Shown here one piece after another: positions 40,989-50,572 of a DNA stretch of 64,000 bases; the stretch's first letter is position 1, and each line of letters begins with the position of its first letter. A program made the translations under genes and the position numbers. The DNA comes from Bacillota bacterium. GTDB taxonomy: Bacteria; Bacillota; Sulfobacillia; JAJZYS01; JAJZLH01. Below the pieces are notes generated by a model that saw nothing but the letters and a program-made list of their open reading frames with translations, ran no database searches and was not told the DNA's origin. The stretch is taken from the NCBI GenBank assembly GCA_021827745.1, contig JAKAUI010000058.1:10249-74248 (forward strand), given 5' to 3'.

Positions 40989-42590
40989 GTGGCGAGCAAG
41001 GCTGAGACGTCGTCTGTCTTTGTCCGCAATTCCACTGGTCTGGTCCGGGAACTGAGCGGGTGGGACGTGTTCGTGATGAACACCATCGGCACCAACCCGA
41101 TGGGCAACTACGCCGTGTTGTTCACGCTCGGACTGGCGGTTTTCGTGGGAGCCAACCTGTGGCTTTCCACGCTGACCGGCATCTTTATCGGCATCTCGAT
41201 CGTCGTGCTGTACGGACTGTTCGCCGCCGCCATGCCAAGAAGCGGCGGCGACTACGTGTATGTCAGCCGCGTGCTGCATCCGTCGGTCGGTTTCATCATC
41301 AGCTGGCTGATGCTGTTCACCGTCGCCTTCTATGTGGGGTACAACGGCTGGGCGTTCGCCGCCTGGATCATCCCCGACATCGTCGGCGTCTTCGGCCAGT
41401 GGATCGGCGCCCCGTTCCTGGTCTCGATCGCCACCGCCCTGCCTCAGACCCTCTGGGTGGTGATCGTCGGCATCGTCGGGCTGGGGCTGTACTACCTGAT
41501 CTGCTCCAAGGGCCTGCGCGCAGTGATGCGCTGGCAGCAGGTGGCCTTCGGCTTGGCCGTGCTCTCGTTTTTGGTCGCCATCCCGATGATGCTGGCCGCC
41601 CCGGCCGGCAGCTTCGTCTCAAACTTCAACACCTTCGCCGCCCACTACGGAACGAGCGCCAGCCAAGTGCTGGCGATCGCCCACAAGAACGGCTACACAG
41701 GCGTCGGCACCTTCTCTTGGGGCTCAACCTTCGGCTTCTGGCCGTTTGTGATGGAGATGACCGGATATGCCATCATCTCCATCCCGATGGGCGGTGAGGT
41801 GCGCAACGCCAAGCGCACCCAGATCCGCGGCATCTTCTGGGCCAACGCCATCGGCGGCTTGATCGTCGCCATCTTCTTCCTGGTCACCGCCCTGAAGGAG
41901 AACGCCAATCTGGCCGGTGCCATCGGGTACTTCAACTACATCAACGGGGCGCACAGCCCGTTCCCCTTCCCGATCTACAGCCAGGTGCTGGCTGGGATCA
42001 TCACCAACAGCCCGTGGGTCGCTCTCCTGGTGGGATTGGGCGTCTTCTTCGGCATCTTTGCCGCCGGCCTGACGCTCGCCCTGTGGGCGACCCGCTACCT
42101 CTTCGCCTGGTCCTTCGACCGTCTTGCTCCCTCCTACCTCGCCGACATCCACGAGAAGAGCCACAGCCCGAGAAATGCGCTGATCGTGACCATGATCGTG
42201 TCCTGGATCTTCACCCTGCTGCTCACCTTCGACGTCAACTTCACGTTCGTGTCGGTCGGACTGCTTGAGATCGTGCTGTTCATCATCGTCTCGATCGCAG
42301 GCATCGTCCTGCCCTACAAGATGAAGGATCTGTACAACGCCACCATCAAGGGCGAGGTGCTCGGCATCCCGAACATCGTGCTGGCGGCCGTCATCTCCTT
42401 GATCTTCAACCTCGTCATGGCCTACTACTACCTAACAAACGGCGCCTACGGTGCCACCTCCAGCATCTCCTGGGAGTTCGTCTCGGTGCTGCTGGGAACT
42501 GGCATCCTGTTCTACCTTGGCCGGCTCTGGCAGCTGAAGAAGCAGGGCATCGACGTCAACCTCGCTTTTAGGGAGATTCCGCCCGAGTAG
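40989..42590 (+). CDS. APC-family amino acid/polyamine permease
   Basis: FVRNSTGLVRE, AMPRSGGDYVYVSR, RYLFAWSFDR, FREIPPE C-terminus, about 12 TM segments. Confidence 0.9.
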   Translation: MASKAETSSVFVRNSTGLVRELSGWDVFVMNTIGTNPMGNYAVLFTLGLAVFVGANLWLSTLTGIFIGISIVVLYGLFAAAMPRSGGDYVYVSRVLHPSVGFIISWLMLFTVAFYVGYNGWAFAAWIIPDIVGVFGQWIGAPFLVSIATALPQTLWVVIVGIVGLGLYYLICSKGLRAVMRWQQVAFGLAVLSFLVAIPMMLAAPAGSFVSNFNTFAAHYGTSASQVLAIAHKNGYTGVGTFSWGSTFGFWPFVMEMTGYAIISIPMGGEVRNAKRTQIRGIFWANAIGGLIVAIFFLVTALKENANLAGAIGYFNYINGAHSPFPFPIYSQVLAGIITNSPWVALLVGLGVFFGIFAAGLTLALWATRYLFAWSFDRLAPSYLADIHEKSHSPRNALIVTMIVSWIFTLLLTFDVNFTFVSVGLLEIVLFIIVSIAGIVLPYKMKDLYNATIKGEVLGIPNIVLAAVISLIFNLVMAYYYLTNGAYGATSSISWEFVSVLLGTGILFYLGRLWQLKKQGIDVNLAFREIPPE

Positions 42591-42704
42591 CCTGGAGGCG
42601 CTGACCCAAGTAGTTTCCGCCGCTGGCCTGCCGGGGGCCCCGTGCCCCTGGCAGGCGGCGGCGTTGCCACGGTCCAGAGCCGGGCGGGCGATGGGGGGAG
42701 CGAG

Positions 42705-43814
42705 ATGAAGACACTGTCAGGACGGCTGAGGACGAGGCAGGGCAGGAAGATGCTGCAGCCGTTGATCGGCAGCCGCTCCCAGCTCGCCGGCGTCACCGCC
42801 GTCACCCATAGCGGCGGCTCGTGCCACCAGGTGCGCGCCCTCGAGGTGCGGACAGGCGGCGGCCTGCGGTTTTCGATCCGCCCGGAGCGGGGCATGGAGG
42901 TCGCAGACGTGGAGTACGACGGCATCCCCTTTGGCTTTGACACAGGTGTCGGGCCCGTCCACCCGGACCAGGTTCCGCCCGGAGAGGATCGGTGGCTGTC
43001 TCTCTACTCAGGAGGGCTTTTGACCACCGCCGGCCTGGACCAGATCGGCGAGCCGTGCGAGCTGGACGGCGTGCGCTACGGCCTGCACGGCGAGATCGCC
43101 CTGCAGAGCGCCGAGGACCTGGGCTACGAGGTCGACTGGCAGGAAGGGACGATCCGAGTCTGGGGGACGCTTCGCCAGGTGCTGCCCACAAAGCGGCACC
43201 TCGAGCTGGTGCGGACCCTGACCATGCCGATCGGCGGGACGGACATCAGGCTCCACGACCGGGTGACCAACCTCTCCGACCGGACGGAGGTGCACCTGAT
43301 CCTCTACCATCTGAACCTCGGCTACCCGCTCTTGGATAGGGGTAGCCGCTTTGTTGCCCCCATCGTCTCCACCCAGGGCTGGGACGAGCGCTCAGAGGCG
43401 CATCGAGAGGTCTCCTCTTTGGTGCCTGGGCTGACCGGCGAGGAGTATCTCTTTGGCCACCAGGTGGCAGAGCGCGGCGGCTGGGTGACGGCTGGGCTTC
43501 TCAACCCGCGCCTCGTCCCGGGCGGCACCTTCTGCGCCATCTCATACCGGGTGCGCACCCTGCCACGGCTCTGGCAGTGGGTCAGCCTGAGGCCCGGCAC
43601 CTTCGTGATGGGGATCGAGCCAGCGAACGGCGAGATCCTGGGCCGGGCGGCCAGCGAGGCGTCTCGATCGCTCAGCCGGCTTGAAGCCGGAGCGTCGGTC
43701 GACCACCTGGTGCAGGTCTCGTTCGGCCGCGGGGAAGAATCCTGCGCCAAGCTCATGGCGGCGACCGGCCGCATACTGGCCCGAAGGCGAGCGTCTAGGG
43801 CCGATGGGAGGTGA
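42705..43814 (+). CDS. DUF4432 / aldose 1-epimerase-like protein
   Basis: TGGGLRFSIRPERGME, GGLLTTAGL...G.P, LHG, LYHLNLGYPL, MGIEP. Confidence 0.75.
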   Translation: MKTLSGRLRTRQGRKMLQPLIGSRSQLAGVTAVTHSGGSCHQVRALEVRTGGGLRFSIRPERGMEVADVEYDGIPFGFDTGVGPVHPDQVPPGEDRWLSLYSGGLLTTAGLDQIGEPCELDGVRYGLHGEIALQSAEDLGYEVDWQEGTIRVWGTLRQVLPTKRHLELVRTLTMPIGGTDIRLHDRVTNLSDRTEVHLILYHLNLGYPLLDRGSRFVAPIVSTQGWDERSEAHREVSSLVPGLTGEEYLFGHQVAERGGWVTAGLLNPRLVPGGTFCAISYRVRTLPRLWQWVSLRPGTFVMGIEPANGEILGRAASEASRSLSRLEAGASVDHLVQVSFGRGEESCAKLMAATGRILARRRASRADGR

Positions 43815-43821
43815 TCAGACG

Positions 43822-44652
43822 ATGGCGGAAACTTTGGGCGAGCGTCTGAACCATCCGGAGGGCGTGGCCTGGGATCCTCTGACTGGCACCCTGGTGGCAG
43901 GCGGCTGGGCAGGGGAGATCTATCGTCTTGATCCCAAAGACGGCGCACAGCGGCAGATCGGCCAGAGCGAAGGCAGCCTGCTCGGCGTGGCCGTGGACGG
44001 AGCAGGCCGCGTCTTCGCCTGTGACTGCCTGCGCCGGCTGGTGCTCTGCCTTGCGCCAGACGGCTCGGTCAGCACCTACAGCTCGGGCCCGATCGACGCA
44101 CCATTCGTGCTGCCGAACTTTGCCGCCTTCGGACCAGACGGCGTCCTCTATGTCTCGGACTCGGGGACGTGGGGACAGGCGGACGGCCGCCTGATCCGGA
44201 TCCTCCCGGACGGCCGTGCCGAGGTCTGGTCGACCGCCTGCCCCGGCTTTCCGAACGGAATTTGCCTGTCGGCCGACGGACGCTGGCTGTATGTGGCCGA
44301 GTCGACCGATCCCAAGGTCAGCCTGATCCGGATCGCAGAAGACGGCAAAGCCGGACAGCTCGAGACGGTGTGCGAGCTTTCGGGTACGGTCCCCGACGGC
44401 ATCGCCCTGGCAAAAGACGGGAGCCTTTTTGTCACCTGCTATCGGCCGGACCGGATCGTGCGAATTCGGACCAGCGGCGAGATCGAGACGGTGGTCGACG
44501 ACTGGCAGGCGGCGGTGTTTGCCGCCCCCACCAACCTCGCCTTCTTTGGGCCGACGCTGGCCGAGGCGGCGGTGGCGTGCTTGGGCGGGGAGTGGATCGC
44601 CTGCTTCGACGCCGGATGCCGGGGCAGCCCGCTGCACTATCCGTTGCTCTGA
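43822..44652 (+). CDS. SMP-30/gluconolactonase family protein
   Basis: HPEGVAWD, PNFAAF, FPNGICLS, PDGIAL, PTNLAF. Confidence 0.85.
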   Translation: MAETLGERLNHPEGVAWDPLTGTLVAGGWAGEIYRLDPKDGAQRQIGQSEGSLLGVAVDGAGRVFACDCLRRLVLCLAPDGSVSTYSSGPIDAPFVLPNFAAFGPDGVLYVSDSGTWGQADGRLIRILPDGRAEVWSTACPGFPNGICLSADGRWLYVAESTDPKVSLIRIAEDGKAGQLETVCELSGTVPDGIALAKDGSLFVTCYRPDRIVRIRTSGEIETVVDDWQAAVFAAPTNLAFFGPTLAEAAVACLGGEWIACFDAGCRGSPLHYPLL

Positions 44653-44683
44653 GACTGGAGACGTGAGGCGAGGAGGGTCAGAG

Positions 44684-45457
44684 ATGGAACGGCTTGGCAA
44701 TCAGGTGGCGATCGTCACCGGGGGCGCCACCGGGATCGGACGAGCGGTGGTGGAGCTCTTCGCCAAGGAAGGGGCGGCCGTGGTGCTGGCCGATGTCAAC
44801 GAGACGGAGGGCCAGCGGGTGGCTGATGCCGTCTTGGCGGAAGGAGGCAGGTGTCGGTTCGTGTGCTGTGACGTGTCTCAGGCGAAAGACGTGGAAGCAG
44901 CGGTCGATGAGGCGGTAAGGCACTTTGGCAAGCTGACCGTCGCGGTCCTGAACGCCGGCATCGACGTCGTCGGGACCGTGGTGGAGAGTTCGGAGGAAGA
45001 CTGGTGGCGGTGCCTCAGGGTCAATTTGGGCGGGGTCTTCCTCGGCATGAAATATGCCATCCCACAGATGCGAACGGCCGGATCTGGCAGCATCGTAGCC
45101 ACCGCTTCGATCCAGGCCCTGCTCGGCTTTCGGGCCTATGCCGCCTATGCTGCCGCCAAGGGCGGGATCATCGGCTTGGTCCATCAGGTGGCAGTGGACT
45201 ATGGCGGAGACCAGATCCGCGTCAACGCCATCTGTCCGAGCACGGTGCTGACCCCGATGTGCGACCCAGAGCTTACGGCCGCGACCGACCCGAAGGCCCT
45301 GATCCAAAGCTGGGCCGCCCCCCATCCACTCGGCCGGATCGGGACACCCGAAGACATCGCCCAGGCCGCACTCTACCTCGCCAGTTCGGAGTCCAGCTGG
45401 GTGACCGGCCAGGCGTTTGCCATCGACGGCGGTGTCACCATCCGCGGCTTTCACTGA
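44684..45457 (+). CDS. Short-chain dehydrogenase/reductase
   Basis: TGGATGIG, LNAG, YAAAK, IDGG. Confidence 0.92.
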   Translation: MERLGNQVAIVTGGATGIGRAVVELFAKEGAAVVLADVNETEGQRVADAVLAEGGRCRFVCCDVSQAKDVEAAVDEAVRHFGKLTVAVLNAGIDVVGTVVESSEEDWWRCLRVNLGGVFLGMKYAIPQMRTAGSGSIVATASIQALLGFRAYAAYAAAKGGIIGLVHQVAVDYGGDQIRVNAICPSTVLTPMCDPELTAATDPKALIQSWAAPHPLGRIGTPEDIAQAALYLASSESSWVTGQAFAIDGGVTIRGFH

Positions 45458-45506
45458 CCGACCGGCCCCATCCACCCCAATGCTGCCCTAAAGAGGAGTC
45501 TGATCG

Positions 45507-46472
45507 GTGTTCTCGTCAAAGCCCCAGCTGTTCAAGCTGCTCTATGCCAGCGACCTGCACGGCGCCGAGCGCTGTTTTCTGAAGTTCGTGAACGCCGCCA
45601 AGTTCTACGGTGCCCAGGCGCTGGTCCTCGGCGGCGATCTCACCGGCAAGGCGGTGGTGCCGATCGTCCGGGCGGGCGCGACCTGGCGGGCGAGCTTTTT
45701 GAACCGCTCCTATGAGCTGCAAAGCGAGACTGAGGTCGCCGAACTTGAGAAGTCGATCCGCTTCGGCGGCTCGTATCCGTATCGCACCGATCCGGAAGAG
45801 GTGCAGCGGCTCGATGGCGACCCCGCCTATCTGAAACAGATCTTCGATCAGCTGATGCGGGCGGCGGTCGAGCGCTGGATGGACATCGCCAAGGAGCGGC
45901 TCGATGGCACGGGAGTCCAGATGTATGTGATCGCCGGCAACGACGACGAGTTCTACGTCGACCAGGCTCTTCGCCAGAACGGCTTTGCCGTCTTCAACGA
46001 CGAGCAGGTGGTGGAGGTGGGGCCGTGTCTGATGGTCGGCAGCAGCTATGCGAACCCCACGCCCTGGAACAGCCCGCGCGAGCTGGCCGAGGACAGCCTC
46101 TACCTGAAGCTGCGGGCCCTGGCCGATCTGGCGACCCAGGGGCGTCCCGTGATCTTGAACTTTCATGTGCCGCCCTACGACTCCGGTCTCGACAATGCGC
46201 CCGAGGTGAAGCCCGATCTCAGTTACAATCTGATCGGCGGCCAGCCGCATGTGATCCCGGTCGGCAGCACGGCCGTGCGCCGGGTGATCGAGGAGACCCA
46301 GCCGGTGCTCGGGCTGCATGGCCATATCCACGAGTCGCGGGCCGCCGGAAAGATCGGCCGGTCGGTGCTGCTCAATCCGGGCAGCCGCTACAGCGAAGGC
46401 GTTCTAGATGGGGCGCTGGTCAGCTTCACAGCGGATGGAACGCTCAAATCGTACCAACTGGTGGCGGGGTGA
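45507..46472 (+). CDS. Calcineurin-like metallophosphoesterase (Icc-related)
   Basis: SDLHG, GGDLTGK, GNDD, HVPP, HGHIHE, NPGS. Confidence 0.85.
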   Translation: MFSSKPQLFKLLYASDLHGAERCFLKFVNAAKFYGAQALVLGGDLTGKAVVPIVRAGATWRASFLNRSYELQSETEVAELEKSIRFGGSYPYRTDPEEVQRLDGDPAYLKQIFDQLMRAAVERWMDIAKERLDGTGVQMYVIAGNDDEFYVDQALRQNGFAVFNDEQVVEVGPCLMVGSSYANPTPWNSPRELAEDSLYLKLRALADLATQGRPVILNFHVPPYDSGLDNAPEVKPDLSYNLIGGQPHVIPVGSTAVRRVIEETQPVLGLHGHIHESRAAGKIGRSVLLNPGSRYSEGVLDGALVSFTADGTLKSYQLVAG

Positions 46473-46474
46473 CG

Positions 46475-47221
46475 ATGGCGACCAGCACAGGCGACCCGAT
46501 GGCTCTGGCCGAGGAACTCTCCGCAAGAATCCGCTCCGGCGAGCTTCGCGCCAGGCTGCTCGGGGGGATCGCCATCTACATGCGCTGTCCCAGCCTCGGC
46601 CAGCCGCCGCTCGCCCGTTCGTACAACGACGTCGATCTGGCCGTCACCCGTCAGGAGGCCGCCCAGCTGGAGAAGGCGCTCTCGGCCCAGGGCTGGGAGG
46701 CGGACCGCCGCTTCAATGCCCTCTACGGCGCAAAGCGCCAGCTGTTCTTTCGAGACGGCGTCGAGCTCGACGTGTTCGTCGGCACCTTCGAGCAATGCCA
46801 CAGGCTTGAGCTGGACGACCGCTTGGCCGCCCATCCCCTGACCCTCAGCCTGAGCGATCTGCTGCTGACCAAGCTGCAGGTGGTGGAGCTGAACCACAAG
46901 GACATCACCGACGCCTTGGGACTGCTCTCCGATCATGCCCCGGAACAGGGGTCGGGCGGCGAGGGCCTCGATTTGGATTCGCTCTGTGCCGTGACCGGCC
47001 GCGACTGGGGCTGGCACACCACCGTTTCGGACAATCTCCATCGCCTCTCCGACCAGGCCGCCGACTATCTGGCAGAGGACTTGGCGGCTGAGATCAGGAA
47101 GCGGTGTGCCACCATCGAGGCGGCGATGGAGGCGTGTCCCAAGAGTCTCGCCTGGAAGATGCGGGCCAGAGTCGGTCGGCGACTTCCCTGGTACGTCCTG
47201 CCGGAGGAGAAGCAGACCTGA
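46475..47221 (+). CDS. Hypothetical protein with nucleotidyltransferase-fold motif
   Basis: LLGGIAI...RSYNDVDL (hGG + DxD), third acidic residue in LDVF, DLLLTKLQ. Confidence 0.65.
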   Translation: MATSTGDPMALAEELSARIRSGELRARLLGGIAIYMRCPSLGQPPLARSYNDVDLAVTRQEAAQLEKALSAQGWEADRRFNALYGAKRQLFFRDGVELDVFVGTFEQCHRLELDDRLAAHPLTLSLSDLLLTKLQVVELNHKDITDALGLLSDHAPEQGSGGEGLDLDSLCAVTGRDWGWHTTVSDNLHRLSDQAADYLAEDLAAEIRKRCATIEAAMEACPKSLAWKMRARVGRRLPWYVLPEEKQT

Positions 47222-47302
47222 TGTCCACCTAAGCTCCGCCTGCGCAGGACTGGGGCTCACGCGGCCGAAGGCTGCAGCCGGAGGAAAGGGGAGGGAGCGA
47301 AC

Positions 47303-48310
47303 ACGCCGACCACGCTCAAAGACGTGGCCCAGCTCGCCCAGGTGCACCCGTCGATCGCCTCCCGAGTCCTGAACGGCGACAAGTCGGCCTCGGTCAAAGA
47401 GGAAACCAAACAACGGGTGCTTGAGGCGGCCGAGCAGCTGGCGTATCGGCCAAACGGGCTGGCCCGCGGTCTCAGGACCAAGCTTTCGCACTGCATCACC
47501 CTGGTCATCCCGGACCTCTCGAACCCTGCCTTTGCCGAGATTCTGCGCGGCGCAGAGCTGGAGGCTAGGCGGTCCCAGTATTACGTGCTGCTGGCCTCGC
47601 AGGACTCAGGCCCCCAGGAGAAGCGATTTCTGCGCGCCACGCTCGAGAGCCGGGTCGACGGCGTGCTGCTGGCCAACGCCAAGGTCGAGGACCGGGTGAT
47701 CGAGGAACTGGAGGCAGACGCCTTTCCCTATGTGCTGGTCAACCGACGCAGCCACAAGGCCAGTCGCTACGTCGTCGGCGACGACCACGGCGCCGCCCGG
47801 ATCGCCACAGAACACCTGATCGCCAACGGCCACCGCCGGATCGGTCATCTGGCCGGCCCGGAGACGGCGGACACGGCGACGGCCCGCCGGCAGGGCTATG
47901 AGGACGCCCTGCGGGCGGCAGGGATCAAGGTCGACCCCGCACTCGTGGTGTGCGGCGACTATGCTGTCTCCAGCGGCCGGGTCGGTCTTCGCCGGCTGTG
48001 GACTGGAGTGCCCCGCCCGACTGCCGTCTTCGCAGCCAGCTTCCAGCTTGCGGTCGGGGCCCTGGAGGCGGCCCGGGAGCTGGCGCTCGAGGTTCCGGAC
48101 CACCTGTCTATCGTCAGCATCGACGAGTTCGAGCTGGCGGCGGCGATCCCGCCTGGGCTGACCACCGTGCGGATGCCGCTCGAGGAGATGGGGCGGGAAG
48201 CGGTGCGCATGCTGCTGGGCGTGGTCCGCGGCGAGCAGGCTGGCGGTCAGCTGATTCTGCCGCAGCTCGAGCTCGTCTCGCGCAACAGCGTGGGTGCACC
48301 AAACGACTGA
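47303..48310 (+). CDS. LacI-family transcriptional regulator (apparent ACG start)
   Basis: PTTLKDVAQLAQVHPSIASRVLN HTH, YRPNGLARGL, LTTVRMP; GGAGG 8 nt before ACG 47303; the ORF-track GTG 47324 would cut helix 1. Confidence 0.9.
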   Translation, partial: TPTTLKDVAQLAQVHPSIASRVLNGDKSASVKEETKQRVLEAAEQLAYRPNGLARGLRTKLSHCITLVIPDLSNPAFAEILRGAELEARRSQYYVLLASQDSGPQEKRFLRATLESRVDGVLLANAKVEDRVIEELEADAFPYVLVNRRSHKASRYVVGDDHGAARIATEHLIANGHRRIGHLAGPETADTATARRQGYEDALRAAGIKVDPALVVCGDYAVSSGRVGLRRLWTGVPRPTAVFAASFQLAVGALEAARELALEVPDHLSIVSIDEFELAAAIPPGLTTVRMPLEEMGREAVRMLLGVVRGEQAGGQLILPQLELVSRNSVGAPND

Positions 48311-48366
48311 CCGGCCCGGCCCGAGGAGACAGGAGAGCGCGTATGGAGAGAGAAACCCTGGTCATG

Positions 48367-48386
48367 GGATGCAAACGATTTCATAG
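48367..48386. promoter_or_regulatory. LacI-family operator 2 (GGATGCAAACGATTTCATAG)
   Basis: 19 of 20 bases identical to operator 1, just upstream of the cupin RBS. Confidence 0.7.
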
Positions 48387-48405
48387 CGAAGGAGACGAGA
48401 CTTCG

Positions 48406-49038
48406 ATGCATCGGTGGGAGCGCTGGTTCCAGCAGGGAACGGTCAAGACGGAGCAGTTGCGCGCCGGGGCCCACATGTGGCTTGAGGGCGACACAGGCCT
48501 GCGTGGCGACCGCCTGGGACCTCTGATGCACCTGCACGACGGGGCGTCTGAGCTGTTTTTCTTTCTCGATGGCTGCTGTCGGGTGGAGCTCGGGGACAGC
48601 TTCGTTCTTGCCAACGGCGGAGACTTTCTGTTTGTGCCGCCGGAGGTGCCGCACAACCTCTGGAAGGAAGGGCCGGAAGACATGCGGCTCGTCTTTGTGG
48701 TGGCGCCCAATGTCTTCGAGAACAAGTGGCGGACAGACGGCTTTAGGCTGAGCGGCTGGGAAGGTTCGGCCCCGCTCGCCCGGGTGGAGCAGGCTGGAGA
48801 GCTGCCTGGGGACGAGCACCTGCAGAGCCGGGCCATGCGGGTGCGGGGACGCCAGCTGGCCGAGCCGGATGAGCGAGAGCGTCTCTATCTGGTCGCAGAC
48901 GGCGAGGTCCGCTACGAGGACCCGCTGCTCTCTGGAGTGCTTGGCAGGGGTGACTTTGTGCACGTAGTGGCAGGTCGCCCCCACAGCCTGGAGGCCTCTG
49001 ACGCCCTCGTCCTCGAGATCACCCCGCATGTGCGCTGA
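48406..49038 (+). CDS. Cupin-domain protein (bicupin-like)
   Basis: MHLHDGASELFFFLDG...GDFLFVPPEVPHN; second degenerate cupin motif GDFVHVVAGRPH. Confidence 0.78.
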   Translation: MHRWERWFQQGTVKTEQLRAGAHMWLEGDTGLRGDRLGPLMHLHDGASELFFFLDGCCRVELGDSFVLANGGDFLFVPPEVPHNLWKEGPEDMRLVFVVAPNVFENKWRTDGFRLSGWEGSAPLARVEQAGELPGDEHLQSRAMRVRGRQLAEPDERERLYLVADGEVRYEDPLLSGVLGRGDFVHVVAGRPHSLEASDALVLEITPHVR

Positions 49039-49065
49039 AGCGAAGGCAGGCGAGGGACGGTTAGC

Positions 49066-49845
49066 GTGAACAGGCGGTTTGAGGGACAGGTGGCAGTCGT
49101 CACCGGGGCCGCACGAGGCATCGGCCTGACCATCGCCGAGCGTCTGCGCTCCGAAGGTGCGGCGGTGGTAGTCGCCGACCTCGACCGGACCCAGGCCGAG
49201 GCCGCGGCCGAAGAGCTAGGGCCAAAAGCCATCGGGTTGGCGCTCGATGTGCGAAGCGAAGAGTCCGTTGACAGCTGCGTGCGTAAGGTTCAGGCCACCT
49301 TTGGTCGGCTGGACGTCTGGGTGAACAACGCTGGCCTCTTCGTCTTGGGCGCGGCCGTGTCGCAGCCGCTGGCCGACTGGACGCTCCAGATCGACGTGAT
49401 GCTGACCGGCGTGTTCCTCGGCGCCCGAGCGGCGGCCCGGGTCATGATTCCCGAGCACCAGGGCGCCATCGTCAATATCAGCTCGATCGGAGGCCTCGGC
49501 GGCTGGCCAGAGCGCGGACCTTACAACGCCGCCAAGGCCGGAGTGCGCAATCTGACCGAGACCCTGTCCGGGGAGTGGGCAGCCCACAACGTTCGGGTCA
49601 ACGCCGTGGCGCCCGGCGTGATCCGGACCAAGATGACAGATGCCCTGGTCACATCGGGCGTGGCGAACATGGACCAGTACTCGTTGCGCCACCCGATGGG
49701 CCGGATGGGCCGACCAGAGGAGGTGGCGGCGGCGGTCGCCTATCTGGCATCATCGGACGCCTCTTTCGTCACCGGTGTCACGCTGCGCGTCGATGGCGGA
49801 TGGGCGGCCTGGGATGGCGTGCCGGAGGCCGAAGGCAATGTCTGA
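49066..49845 (+). CDS. Short-chain dehydrogenase/reductase
   Basis: TGAARGIG, VNNAG, NISS, YNAAK, VDGG. Confidence 0.92.
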   Translation: MNRRFEGQVAVVTGAARGIGLTIAERLRSEGAAVVVADLDRTQAEAAAEELGPKAIGLALDVRSEESVDSCVRKVQATFGRLDVWVNNAGLFVLGAAVSQPLADWTLQIDVMLTGVFLGARAAARVMIPEHQGAIVNISSIGGLGGWPERGPYNAAKAGVRNLTETLSGEWAAHNVRVNAVAPGVIRTKMTDALVTSGVANMDQYSLRHPMGRMGRPEEVAAAVAYLASSDASFVTGVTLRVDGGWAAWDGVPEAEGNV

Positions 49846-50572
49846 CTACTGGGCGGGCAAGGCGGTGGGCGTGTCCGGAGTCGTCACTCCGGTCCGACTG
49901 GCGCTCGAGGCAGCGCTGGCCGAGGCAGGAGTTCATCTGACGTCTTTGTCCCCTGACGCCACAGCAGGGCTGCTGCACCAGACGCTGGCCAGGCTATCGG
50001 CACTGGACGGCTGGGTCCACTTCCCTGAGCTAATGTCCTGGCCCCTTTTGGCGGCCGACGGCGCCTTCAGCCACAGGGTCGGGCGGTGCCTGCAAGAGGC
50101 GCATCAGACGCTTTCGGCCGTCGGCCAGAAGATGCGGAGCCAACAGCGCGGGGCGGTCGTGGTGATGACCGATCTCGGCGGCCTCAGTGTCCGGCACGGA
50201 GATGTGGCAGGGGCGACGGCGAGTGCGGCGCTCTTGCAGCTGAGCCGGGCGCTGGGGGTGACCTGGGCCAAGGACGGGGTGCGGGTCAACGCTGTGGCCA
50301 TGGGCCATCTCGACGGCGCCACCTCCGGAGGAGAGCGGGAGATCGATCAGGCCCGCACCCCGCTCGGGCGGCTGGCGAAAGACAGCGAAGTGGCCAAGGC
50401 CGCCCTGTTCCTGCTCAGCGACGACGCCAGCTTCATCACGGCCGAGTGTCTGCCGGTGGATGGCGGATGGCTGGCCTACCAATATTTCTACCCAGCCGCT
50501 CACCCAGCGGGCGGTGTGCCGAAAGGACCGACAGCAGAGGAAAACGGGTCAGGAGGTGTCGTCGATGGGTGA
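49838..50572 (+). CDS. Degenerate SDR-fold protein
   Basis: C-terminal SDR signature GVRVNAVAMG...TPLGR...FLLSDDASFIT...VDGG, but no GxxxGxG or YxxxK. Confidence 0.75.
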   Translation: MSDYWAGKAVGVSGVVTPVRLALEAALAEAGVHLTSLSPDATAGLLHQTLARLSALDGWVHFPELMSWPLLAADGAFSHRVGRCLQEAHQTLSAVGQKMRSQQRGAVVVMTDLGGLSVRHGDVAGATASAALLQLSRALGVTWAKDGVRVNAVAMGHLDGATSGGEREIDQARTPLGRLAKDSEVAKAALFLLSDDASFITAECLPVDGGWLAYQYFYPAAHPAGGVPKGPTAEENGSGGVVDG

